Shown here in pieces: positions 16,259-24,812 of a DNA stretch of 41,822 nt. Origin of the DNA: Escherichia phage vB-Eco-KMB41; the sequence record OR539216.1; one strand, written 5' to 3'. Under the pieces are notes generated by a model. That model saw only the letters and a program-made list of their open reading frames with translations, was not told the DNA's origin and searched no databases. How positions within the stretch are numbered: position 1 is the first letter of the stretch; the number at the start of each line of letters is the position of its first letter. Both the position numbers and the translations under genes were made by a program.

Positions 16259-19200
16259 TTATTGTTGCTGCTGCTGTTCGGTTGCTGCCGCCCTGCCACC
16301 TGCGCCGGAAAAGAATCCGACGATCCCGGCTCGGTTAACGGCTGCTTTCTCCTCCGGGCTGAATGCCTCATACAAGGCCCGCCACTCCGGGGAGTTCGCC
16401 GCCGCTTGCTCGGCCTCTCGGACGAACGTCCGGCCCGCTGGGGTCAGCTTCCCGGAACTCTGCGCGGCTGCGGCTTGCATAAGTTTGGAGAAGTCCGGGG
16501 ACGAAAGCAAGTTGTCCGCCAGTACCGAACGAGGCACACGAGCGCCCCGCGCCGCCTGAGCCGCCGACAATGCCGCGTTACCTGCCGGACCTGCCGCCAG
16601 ATAAGCCGCCGTGTGCTTCGCCAGCCAGCCCCCCGCGCCGTACAGCTTGGACAAGACGCCGCCCGCGTTCGGGTCGTCGAAGCGCTTCACGAAGTCGGAG
16701 ATCGATCCGGTCGTGGTGGTAAAGCGTTTCGCCCGGTCGATGCCATTCGCCACGCGGTAGATCTGCATGAGGCGCACACGCTGATCGCGCGGTAGGTGCT
16801 TCATGACATTGCCTAACGTCCCGTTTGCCTGGGCGGTCTTGTACCAGTCCACGAAGCCGGGGATCGCGAAGGTATCGCGGGCGCTACGGTTCCCCAGGGT
16901 CCGCTCCAGCGCGTTAGCCACTACGTCGCCTTTGAGGCTCTCCGGGGTTGCAGCCATCAGGCGGTCCCAGTCCTTCGCGCTGCCGCCTTTCTTGCCCAGG
17001 TTTAAGATCGCGTTCTGCACTTTCCCGGTGATCGAGTCGGTGAGGTTCTTTCCGAGTGCGTCCTGGGCGATCGTCTCCAGATCCTTACGGCGTTTAACGA
17101 GTTGTTTCGCCACGTTCCAGTCGTCCGCCGCGCCGTACTGAGCCGCGACTTTCTCCTGGTCGTCAGTCAGGCGGGCGTAAAGCTGTTTAAGTGCGCCCGT
17201 CTCCTCGTCCTTGAACGGACCAGATTTTTTGTTGAGCGCCTGGCCCACCTGCTTACGGAGCGTGTCGATCCGCGAGTAGGTCGGAATGGTCGCTACGTCC
17301 TGATCCGGGAGGCCCGTCGCCGGGTCCACCTTGCCAGGCTTCGGAGCCATCCAGTCGAGCGCCTTACGTTCTGCGCTGGAGAGATACGCCTCGCCGCCTA
17401 ACTCGTCAGCCTTCGCCGTCAGATAGTCCACGGTGCTGTCCGGCCTTACTTGCGCGTTACGCGGGATCTTCGCCGCGATCGCGTTATAAGCCTTCTCCGC
17501 CTCGTCGCCCAGACCGTCGATCACCGCACGAGTGCGGGCCGTGAACGCCTGATCAATGGTCTGCGCGTTCATGCTTGACATGCTATCGATCAGCTCGTCC
17601 GCCTTCTCGCCTAAGCGGGAGATCCCGTTTAACTGCTGCGTCTCCAGCGCGGAGCCTTTACGGCTCACAAGCTGCTGGATCGTGCTGCGGAAATTCGTGT
17701 CTCGCGCGTAAGCCGCCGGGGTCAGTTGATCCTCCAGCCCCAGATCGCGGGCCGTCTTGATCAGCTTCTTGTCCACGTCCGCCATGTTCGCCAGGTCGAT
17801 CGCGTCGTCAGAAGCGCGGAGGGCCTCCCCGTTCGCGCCCTGGACGTTACGGTCTGGCGTCAGTCGGAACTTGCTCGCGTCACGAGCCACAGCGTCGGAA
17901 ATGCCCGCCTCGGTCGCCTGGGTGGATCGGGTTGCGTCTGCTGCGGCGTCAGCGGCCCCACCTGCGGCCCCCTCCGGCGCTCTGAGCGCGTTCCACAGTT
18001 TACCCGCGCCACCGATAACAGCACGACCGATCGCCTCTCCTGCGGGCGCTAGTGCGATATTCGTCAGCGTCTCCTCCGGGTCGCCTCGACCAGCGGCCAC
18101 CGCGCCGGGGACGGCACGAGCCGCCGGGGCTGCGATCCAGTTCTGGGTCATATCGGCGAGACGGGTCGCGAAGCTGGTCGCGTCCGGCGCTTCACGGACC
18201 AGTCCGAGGAGTTCGGTCGCCGCCTGAGCCTTACGCGGGCCAGGCAGTGGCGCGAGCATATCCCCGATCAGGGTCCCGATCTGCGCGTATTTGTCCGTGG
18301 GAGCCAGACCAGGGATCCCCCCAGGCGTGATAGTCGGCGCTTGGGTGTTCTGGTCCACCAGCCCGACGCCCTTCCCGGCATCGGTCACGGCTTGGGAGAT
18401 CATGTTCGCCAGCGAGATCGGCGTGTTCAGCAGGTCGATCCCCGTCTGAGCCACGCCGCGAGCGCCCTGATCCAGTGAATGGAGGACGGTCTGGCCTAAC
18501 TGTTCCCAGTTTCGGGCGGCTTCTTCGTTTGGATCGGTTTGTCCGGGCTGATTAGCTCCGCTCTGGACTCCGTTACTGTTCGGCGCTGCCGCCCCTTGTG
18601 CGCCATCAGATCCCGCTTGATTAGGTGCATTGCCAGCGGCGACGGCTGCGACTTGTTGATCGGCTCCGGGTGCTCCGGCTCCGTCTGCGGCTGCTGCTGG
18701 GGGTTGGTAGTCCCCGAACTGGTCGAAAACATTACCGCCAGCGCTCGGAGATCGTGCGCTGGTTGCGTATTGAGTAGGTTCGCCGCTGCCATCGCTGCCA
18801 GCGCCTCGCCCAGTCCATTGATTAAACCGATCATCCACATATTGACGCCCCTCCGGGCCAGGGGTTGCCTGTCCCGCCAGTTGTTTGTCTACATTGCCGG
18901 GGCCGTCATGGTAAGCCTGGAGGGCGGTCCCCCAGTCTCCATAGCGCTGATACATGCGGGAAAGGTACTGCGCCCCCGCGTCCGCTTGCATTGCTGGATC
19001 CTGCGCCAGCGCGTCCGGGTCGTAGCCCATTTCGCGGGCCGTGTCCGGCATCACTTGCGTAAGTCCCATTGCGCCTTTTTTCGATCGCGCCGCTGGGTTG
19101 CCGCTGGACTCTTTTCCCATTAACTGGGTCATGAGTCCGGCGGGGATCCCCCATTTAGCCCCGGCGCTCTCTACCACATCAGCATAACCCGAACCGGACG

Positions 19201-19285
19201 ATCCGGGCTGAGTTGGGACCTGATTAGGGAGCGCCGTCGCATTTTCCGGCATATTCTGATCGAACTGGTCAAAGATGTTAGCCAT
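16259..19285 (-). CDS. ejection/internal virion protein with N-terminal lytic transglycosylase (SLT) domain (1008 aa)
   Basis: SLT signature near N-terminus (LMGKESSGNPAA...GAMGLTQVMPDTA...AQYLSRMYQRYGDW), long Gly/Ala/Gln-rich linker, large C-terminal body; occupies the position of P22 gp16. Confidence 0.75.
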   Translation of the reverse strand: MANIFDQFDQNMPENATALPNQVPTQPGSSGSGYADVVESAGAKWGIPAGLMTQLMGKESSGNPAARSKKGAMGLTQVMPDTAREMGYDPDALAQDPAMQADAGAQYLSRMYQRYGDWGTALQAYHDGPGNVDKQLAGQATPGPEGRQYVDDRFNQWTGRGAGSDGSGEPTQYATSARSPSAGGNVFDQFGDYQPPAAAADGAGAPGADQQVAAVAAGNAPNQAGSDGAQGAAAPNSNGVQSGANQPGQTDPNEEAARNWEQLGQTVLHSLDQGARGVAQTGIDLLNTPISLANMISQAVTDAGKGVGLVDQNTQAPTITPGGIPGLAPTDKYAQIGTLIGDMLAPLPGPRKAQAATELLGLVREAPDATSFATRLADMTQNWIAAPAARAVPGAVAAGRGDPEETLTNIALAPAGEAIGRAVIGGAGKLWNALRAPEGAAGGAADAAADATRSTQATEAGISDAVARDASKFRLTPDRNVQGANGEALRASDDAIDLANMADVDKKLIKTARDLGLEDQLTPAAYARDTNFRSTIQQLVSRKGSALETQQLNGISRLGEKADELIDSMSSMNAQTIDQAFTARTRAVIDGLGDEAEKAYNAIAAKIPRNAQVRPDSTVDYLTAKADELGGEAYLSSAERKALDWMAPKPGKVDPATGLPDQDVATIPTYSRIDTLRKQVGQALNKKSGPFKDEETGALKQLYARLTDDQEKVAAQYGAADDWNVAKQLVKRRKDLETIAQDALGKNLTDSITGKVQNAILNLGKKGGSAKDWDRLMAATPESLKGDVVANALERTLGNRSARDTFAIPGFVDWYKTAQANGTLGNVMKHLPRDQRVRLMQIYRVANGIDRAKRFTTTTGSISDFVKRFDDPNAGGVLSKLYGAGGWLAKHTAAYLAAGPAGNAALSAAQAARGARVPRSVLADNLLSSPDFSKLMQAAAAQSSGKLTPAGRTFVREAEQAAANSPEWRALYEAFSPEEKAAVNRAGIVGFFSGAGGRAAATEQQQQQ

Positions 19286-20610
19286 TAAAGCCCCTCCGGT
19301 AAGAATCCGTATTTTGCTTTAAATTGCTCTTTGACGCTAGGCGTAGGATTTTGCATCAGGTAATTAAGCGCCGCCTGGGCGTTCTGCTGCGGGATCCCCC
19401 CAGCGGTCAGTTGCCCGATTGCCTCCTGTTTCGCGTCGTCCAGTTGGATCTCGCGACGGTAGGACTCCACGCGCCCGCCCTGGTTCTTCTCCAGCGCCGC
19501 CTTGCCCTTCTCCAGACTGGTGACATAACGCTGGATCACGGCCTTAAGCTGGTCCTCGCTCATTTGTCCGGGGTTGGCGTTCAGCAGGGCATTAGCCGCC
19601 GCCTCGCCTTCCTTCTCCGTGACCGAACCAGTCCCGCGTAAGGACTCCATCCCGGCGAGTCGCGCCTGGCTCTTAAGCTGGTCCAGGGTCTGGACGATCT
19701 CCGCCGTGTTATCGCCGCCACCAGTCGCCGCCGACCAGAAGCGGTTTCCGTAGCCGTTGATCCCGGTAACGTAGCCCAGGTCCTTACGCGCTAAAAGCTG
19801 TTTAGCCAGATCCAGCGACGTGTCGATCGGGGCCAGCGTCTTGTCGAACGTCTGGAGAAAATCGCGTTTCGTGTTGAGGCTGTCGGCCTGTAGCTTCGCT
19901 TGCTGCTGGGCGTACTTGCCGCGCTCAATGTCGTTTTTCTCCTGCGCGATCCGGGTGTTCAGTCGCTCGTTTTGTAGCCCGATGTAACGGAGGTTACGGT
20001 CCGCCGCCTGGCTGGCTGCGTTAAGGTCCTGCCCCCTGATCGTGGTCGTGTTCTTCATGACCTCTTTCGCGTAGTCCAGTTGGTCCTTGCTGGTGTTGCT
20101 GGCAAGGTGGAGCGCCTGGACGGAACGGCGGAACGCGTCCGGGTCGTTCTGCGCGGCCTGTAGTGCTGCGTTCGGGTCAATCCCCATAGCCTGGAGCGCC
20201 GGGGCGTTCTGCTGGACGAACTGCGCCGCCGCCTCTGGTCCTTGCGCGATCGCGACGTCCGCCTGGCTGGCTAACTGGGATCCCTGCTGCTGGCGAATCT
20301 GGTCCGTCAGTCCGAGACGTTTCTGGAGCGCCTCGATCTGGTTCGGGTACTTGTACGCCAGCGCCTGGATCGCGGAAGGGTCGCCCGCTGCCGCTTGCCA
20401 GTCTTTATTGAACTGGGCCATTTGCTCCTGATTCACCTGCGCGGCTTTCATCGCCATTCCCTGCTGTCGGTTCTGGATCTGCTGCGCGGTGTTGTTCTGG
20501 ATCAGGCCGATATTCTGGAGCGTGTTCGTCCCCGCCGCCTGGATGTTCTGGAGGTTGTTCCACAGGTCGCCCGGATCCGCGCCGCCGCCACCGCCTAATA
20601 ATTGAGCCAT
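19285..20610 (-). CDS. ejection protein (P22 gp20-like, positional)
   Basis: 441-aa Gln/Ala-rich protein between gp7-like and gp16-like genes, with ATGA-type overlaps. Confidence 0.65.
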   Translation of the reverse strand: MAQLLGGGGGADPGDLWNNLQNIQAAGTNTLQNIGLIQNNTAQQIQNRQQGMAMKAAQVNQEQMAQFNKDWQAAAGDPSAIQALAYKYPNQIEALQKRLGLTDQIRQQQGSQLASQADVAIAQGPEAAAQFVQQNAPALQAMGIDPNAALQAAQNDPDAFRRSVQALHLASNTSKDQLDYAKEVMKNTTTIRGQDLNAASQAADRNLRYIGLQNERLNTRIAQEKNDIERGKYAQQQAKLQADSLNTKRDFLQTFDKTLAPIDTSLDLAKQLLARKDLGYVTGINGYGNRFWSAATGGGDNTAEIVQTLDQLKSQARLAGMESLRGTGSVTEKEGEAAANALLNANPGQMSEDQLKAVIQRYVTSLEKGKAALEKNQGGRVESYRREIQLDDAKQEAIGQLTAGGIPQQNAQAALNYLMQNPTPSVKEQFKAKYGFLPEGL

Positions 20611-21272
20611 TAGATCATACCTCCGAACATGCCGCCGAACATGGACGTAAAGCTGTTCGCGTCCTGCGCCGCGCCTTGTGACATTTGATTATTAGCCGTT
20701 GCTGCGGTGTTCCACGGCAAGGCCGCTTTTTGGCCCAGGATCTGGCCCTTCTGTCCTGCGAGAGCGGTCAGGGCGTTAGTCGTCCCGGTAGCCGCTGCGG
20801 ACTGAGCGCCAGCGCCAGATAAGCCGACGTTAGTCAGGCCCAGAAGCTGGTTAAACATATCTTGCTGCTGCGCTTGCATCGCGTTCAGGTAGTTCTGGCC
20901 CAGCGTAGGCGCGATCGCCGCGAGTCCGTTCTGGGTAGCCGTCGATCCGAGGCCCCCGGTCGCTTCCGCGCTGGCGAGTTGCGTCCGACGCGCCGCGTCC
21001 TCGTTCATGGCGAACTCTTTCCCGCCGTAGTAGTCGGAAAGAAGCTGCTCACGATCGATCGGCTGGCCCGCGATCGCCGTCAGTTGTGGGAGTGCATTCG
21101 TCCCGGCCTCACGGAAGGGGCTTAACCATTCCGCCTGTTGCGCCTGTAGCTCGCGCTGATAGTCCATCTGTTTATCGGTGGCTTTCTGCTGCTGCTTAAG
21201 GGCCTTATTCGTCCCGATGCCGCCTAAAACGGATGATACAGCGCCGCCGATCCCGCTAATTGCTCCGCCCAT
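20610..21272 (-). CDS. ejection protein (P22 gp7-like)
   Basis: Gly-rich N-terminus, PFREAGT motif as recalled in P22 gp7, Gln/Ala-rich body, C-terminal FGGMFGGM. Confidence 0.7.
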   Translation of the reverse strand: MGGAISGIGGAVSSVLGGIGTNKALKQQQKATDKQMDYQRELQAQQAEWLSPFREAGTNALPQLTAIAGQPIDREQLLSDYYGGKEFAMNEDAARRTQLASAEATGGLGSTATQNGLAAIAPTLGQNYLNAMQAQQQDMFNQLLGLTNVGLSGAGAQSAAATGTTNALTALAGQKGQILGQKAALPWNTAATANNQMSQGAAQDANSFTSMFGGMFGGMI

Positions 21273-21715
21273 TTGGTCCTCTCCTCAAAAAAATTACTTC
21301 CGCCATGTTACCGTCCGCCAATTGTACAAGCTGCGGGGCGCTTTCAACAAATCCCACCTTTCGGACCACGTTCCGCGCGTGTCGGTGTGACATGAGAACA
21401 GGGACGCGGATCGCATAATGGCCCCAGTGAGCCAGAAAAGCCTCGCAAGCCTCGCGTGACCGTCTGCGTCTGGGTGGATCCATCGCCATATGACCATCGA
21501 TCCCGCCTTCGTCGTTTGCCATGATGGCGAACACGCAACGCCATATGACCATCGATCCCGCCTTCGTCGTTTGCCATGATGGCGAACACGCAACATTTTT
21601 CCCACAGAAAATATTTTGCCTCGACGTGGCGAGGCCATTCCGGCAAGCCCCAGGCGTGGAGGAGGTCCACGCCGGAGTCTGGCACGAGTTCGATCATCTC
21701 TCCATAGTCCATCAT
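21256..21715 (-). pseudogene. virion gene at the P22 gene-14 position, frameshifted by an exact 55-bp tandem duplication
   Basis: Three overlapping minus-strand ORFs in different frames; peptide CVFAIMANDEGGIDGHMA is encoded twice, once per repeat copy; removing one copy would give a single ~134-aa ORF. Confidence 0.55.
21484..21593. repeat. Exact tandem direct repeat, 2 x 55 bp (GCCATATGACCATCGATCCCGCCTTCGTCGTTTGCCATGATGGCGAACACGCAAC)
   Basis: Two identical adjacent copies read directly in the sequence; 55 is not a multiple of 3. Confidence 0.85.
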
Positions 21716-22287
21716 TACGTCCCGATAAAGCCCTGGCTGATACCCATAGCCACCAGCGCGGCTACGACCTGCCGGATCTCCATCAGCCCGGCGTTTAGCG
21801 TTGCTACGTCCGAGTAGGTCGCGTCAGCGTTAAAGCCGCCTTTCTGCTGGGTTCCGGTTGCTGCCGTCCATCCGGTGTTACGCCCGCCCATTACCTTGAC
21901 GTTGTTCACGCGGATCTCCGTCCCGATGGATAACGGGCCTTGCATCACCTGGAGCGCCGTCAGCGCCTTTTTAATCACCTCCCCGTCCAGATCGCTAACG
22001 GTCTGTTCCAGCGTGTCAAAATTGCCCTGGAGGGTGTTAAAATCGACCTCGATCGTGTTCATGCGACCGTTAAGGCTGGAGATCTCCCCGTCCTGCTGGT
22101 CGTTTCGGATTCGCTGCTGGTCGGCGATTTGGAACGCGTCAGACGCCGCTCCCTCGGCGTTGTTCGCGGTGTCCCCGGTTCCCTGCGAGAAGGCCCCCAG
22201 TCGGATCAGCCAGTCCTTGAACGCCGGAGGAGTACCCGGCGGGAAGCTCTGGACGTTTAGCTGTTGAAGCGTGTTAACAGTAGCCAT
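21715..22287 (-). CDS. tail needle protein (P22 gp26-like)
   Basis: Heptad-rich coiled-coil region and C-terminal motif TGWTAATGTQQKGGFNAD matching P22 gp26 as recalled. Confidence 0.85.
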   Translation of the reverse strand: MATVNTLQQLNVQSFPPGTPPAFKDWLIRLGAFSQGTGDTANNAEGAASDAFQIADQQRIRNDQQDGEISSLNGRMNTIEVDFNTLQGNFDTLEQTVSDLDGEVIKKALTALQVMQGPLSIGTEIRVNNVKVMGGRNTGWTAATGTQQKGGFNADATYSDVATLNAGLMEIRQVVAALVAMGISQGFIGT

Positions 22288-22300
22288 GATCCCCCCAGAA

Positions 22301-23752
22301 TCAGGTCACACGGACACGCGCCCGCGAGAGAGTCGCCGGGGTTGCGCCTACGGTGCGAATTTTGAAGCCAATAGCGGACCGGACTCGGCCCACGACGCGT
22401 AAGATAACGTTCTGGAGCCAGTGGAAAGGCTTGTTATAGTCGATGCTTTTCTCCTGCCCGTACACGATCCCGTCCTCGGTAGCGGAGAGCCAGATCCGGC
22501 TCGCCACGGAGTCGCCCCCGGTGCTGGCGTCCATGCGGAAGTCAGCAAGGATCGCATTCTCGGCCCACAGCAAAGGCGTATACAGGACGATCTCCTGGTC
22601 CTCGCCATATTGAGCGCTGGTCGTGTGGTCAAGCTGGCCCAGCCACGGCTCCACCTTGTCGCCACAGGTGATCACCTTGCCCTCGTTCACGTAGTCGATC
22701 GCGCGGTGCGGCTTGATGCCGTTAATACCCGTTTTGATGTACGACCAGACCGGGACGCCCTGCGCCTGGCTAACCGGGTGATCGTAAACCAGCGTGTAGT
22801 CCGGGAGGTGGACAATAAGCAATTTGTGCGTTTCAAAGGTCAGTGACTCCAGTCGGACGTCCGCCAGTTCCTCCACGGTGTAACCCATGAGGATCTTCTT
22901 AACTTCCACGCTCGCCAGTTCGGACCACGATCCGCCGCCGGGGTTCATGAGGCCGATCGAGAGGTCGCCGGAGAACGGGGAGACGAGGAACGCGAAGGAC
23001 TCCAGATACTCGCACACGCTTTCACGCCCGATCGTCCCGGCGTCGATGGTGTAGGAGGGCTGGTTCGCGTAGACGTTCTGATCGTCACCAGTCAGGCCGA
23101 AGAACTCGATCGAGGCGCTACCGAAGCAAACGACATAATCACGCCACGAGCGGATCGCCACGATGCCGTCCGGCATGGACTCGGCACGATACGCCGGGGC
23201 CGTCTTGTCCGGGTGCGTCTCGTCGTCCAGGTCGGAGATCCAAAAGGTGTCCGTCCCCTTCGTGGAGAAAATAAAGCGCTGGCGGAGGTGGCACACGTCG
23301 TTAATGTCGCCCCAGTTGTATTGTGCGATCGGGTCGTCGTCCGACGTGGGCCAGTTGGAGAACGCCGTCCGGCTCCCGTCGTAGCCGATCATGATCATCC
23401 TGTTCTCGGTCACGATCGCCACGCGGTCCCGGCTATGCGCCATCGGGGTACGGTCTACGCCCGTGATATCCGTCACCACTTCGCCGTCCAGATAAAGGGA
23501 CTGGCCCATGACGCGGTAAGTCTGGCCTTTGACCGTGTTCCAGTCAGCGCCACGGCTTACGCCCGCCACGTCGTCCCCGCGCTTCGTAATGCCCGGCATG
23601 ATGCGCATATAGCCGTTGCCGCCCTTGATGTTGCGGCTCACGGCGAGCATGTTCTCCGGTAGCCGCGTTGACCAGTCGAGCGTGTTGGAGCGACGTCCGT
23701 CGCCATAGAGCAAGGGGATCGTGATCTCCTGCCCGCGTTCTGGGTTCCTCAT
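22301..23752 (-). CDS. tail hub protein (P22 gp10-like)
   Basis: Multiple blocks match P22 gp10 as recalled (PGITKR, GVSRG, SNWP, DLDDETHPD, YRAESMPDGI, WRDYVVCFGS, ITCGDK, LSATEDGI.YG.E, IGFK.R). Confidence 0.9.
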   Translation of the reverse strand: MRNPERGQEITIPLLYGDGRRSNTLDWSTRLPENMLAVSRNIKGGNGYMRIMPGITKRGDDVAGVSRGADWNTVKGQTYRVMGQSLYLDGEVVTDITGVDRTPMAHSRDRVAIVTENRMIMIGYDGSRTAFSNWPTSDDDPIAQYNWGDINDVCHLRQRFIFSTKGTDTFWISDLDDETHPDKTAPAYRAESMPDGIVAIRSWRDYVVCFGSASIEFFGLTGDDQNVYANQPSYTIDAGTIGRESVCEYLESFAFLVSPFSGDLSIGLMNPGGGSWSELASVEVKKILMGYTVEELADVRLESLTFETHKLLIVHLPDYTLVYDHPVSQAQGVPVWSYIKTGINGIKPHRAIDYVNEGKVITCGDKVEPWLGQLDHTTSAQYGEDQEIVLYTPLLWAENAILADFRMDASTGGDSVASRIWLSATEDGIVYGQEKSIDYNKPFHWLQNVILRVVGRVRSAIGFKIRTVGATPATLSRARVRVT

Positions 23753-24204
23753 TTCGCCGTCCCGTCATAGTAGAATCGATCTTGTGGGAAATATGGGTTA
23801 TTCCCCTGCCCGGTTGGCATATCGTTACGCTGTTTGAGGCTCGGCACTTCGTAGAACTGGATCTTAATGATGTCCCATTGTTCCTTTAGTACCGCGTTCA
23901 TTTCCGGCGTTAAATCGCGCTGCATATCCAGGAGGATCCGCTGGGCCAGCTTGAGGGCGATCCCCTCTTTGGTCCACAGGTCCAGCCCGGAGTCCTCGTT
24001 CCCGTCCGGTACGCCGTCGGCGTTGGTCGTGAAGATATAGGGCAAGGCTACGCCGTCTTTGATCACCGTAGCCATTAAGCCCTCCAGATCCTCCAGCGCG
24101 TCGTTGATTTGCTGGGGATCTGGCATCATGAGAACAGCAGACGACGCCAGCCCGCCACGGCGTAACGCCAGGTTAACGATCTGGATCTTCTGCAAAGTTG
24201 CCAT
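23749..24204 (-). CDS. tail adaptor protein (P22 gp4-like)
   Basis: N-terminal block (VNLALRRGGLASSAVL...INDALEDLEGLMA) and C-terminal MPTGQGN match P22 gp4 as recalled. Confidence 0.85.
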   Translation of the reverse strand: MATLQKIQIVNLALRRGGLASSAVLMMPDPQQINDALEDLEGLMATVIKDGVALPYIFTTNADGVPDGNEDSGLDLWTKEGIALKLAQRILLDMQRDLTPEMNAVLKEQWDIIKIQFYEVPSLKQRNDMPTGQGNNPYFPQDRFYYDGTAK

Positions 24205-24206
24205 AA

Positions 24207-24716
24207 TTATTTTTTCGCCTTCTTGTCAGTCGGGACTTTCGCGCCGTCTACCTTCTCGCCGTCTTTCGGCTTGGATTCGTCGGCCTTCGCTTCCTGGGTG
24301 GATTCCTGAGCCTCTGCGCCGCTCTCTGGCGCTTTCTCGGCTTCGGCGTCCTTCGGTGCGTATTTAGGCTCGGAGGCCGTAGCGGTCGATTCTGGGGCCT
24401 TCTCGTCCACCTTCTTGTCCTGCTCTTTCTTGAGGTTCTCGGCTTCCTGCTCGTCCTGCTCCTGTTTGTCGGCCTTCGCCTCCTTCTCGGCGGCTTCCTT
24501 GATCGCTTCGTCCAGTTCGGCGAGGCGGTTCGGATGATCCACCCAGAAGCCAGACGCCAGACGCTCGGCGGCTTCTTCTTCGGCAAAGATGGCGTAATGG
24601 CCTTCGATATTGCCGGAACGGAACGGCGTCAGACGGATGCCCTCGGCGGCTACGATAGCCGGGCGGGTGTACAACATTACGGTGATAGCTGCTGCGAGTG
24701 CGGTTTTACGCGTCAT
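24207..24716 (-). CDS. secreted low-complexity Lys/Glu/Ala-rich protein with N-terminal signal peptide (169 aa)
   Basis: N-terminus MTRKTALAAAITVMLYTRPAIVAA has signal-peptide character; the rest is highly charged low-complexity sequence. No P22 gene sits between coat and gp4. Confidence 0.6.
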   Translation of the reverse strand: MTRKTALAAAITVMLYTRPAIVAAEGIRLTPFRSGNIEGHYAIFAEEEAAERLASGFWVDHPNRLAELDEAIKEAAEKEAKADKQEQDEQEAENLKKEQDKKVDEKAPESTATASEPKYAPKDAEAEKAPESGAEAQESTQEAKADESKPKDGEKVDGAKVPTDKKAKK

Positions 24717-24761
24717 GGTAGATCCTCGTTATTGGGTGATGTTCGGGGAACAGTATAAGCG

Positions 24762-24790
24762 ATAAAAAAAGGGGAGCCAATGGCTCCCCC
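24762..24790 (-). terminator. Rho-independent terminator after coat gene (minus sense: GGGGGAGCC-loop-GGCTCCCC + T7)
   Basis: Long GC stem followed by TTTTTTT on the minus strand just downstream of the coat stop. Confidence 0.75.
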
Positions 24791-24812
24791 TTCTGCGAGT
24801 GCTTTCGCGCTC

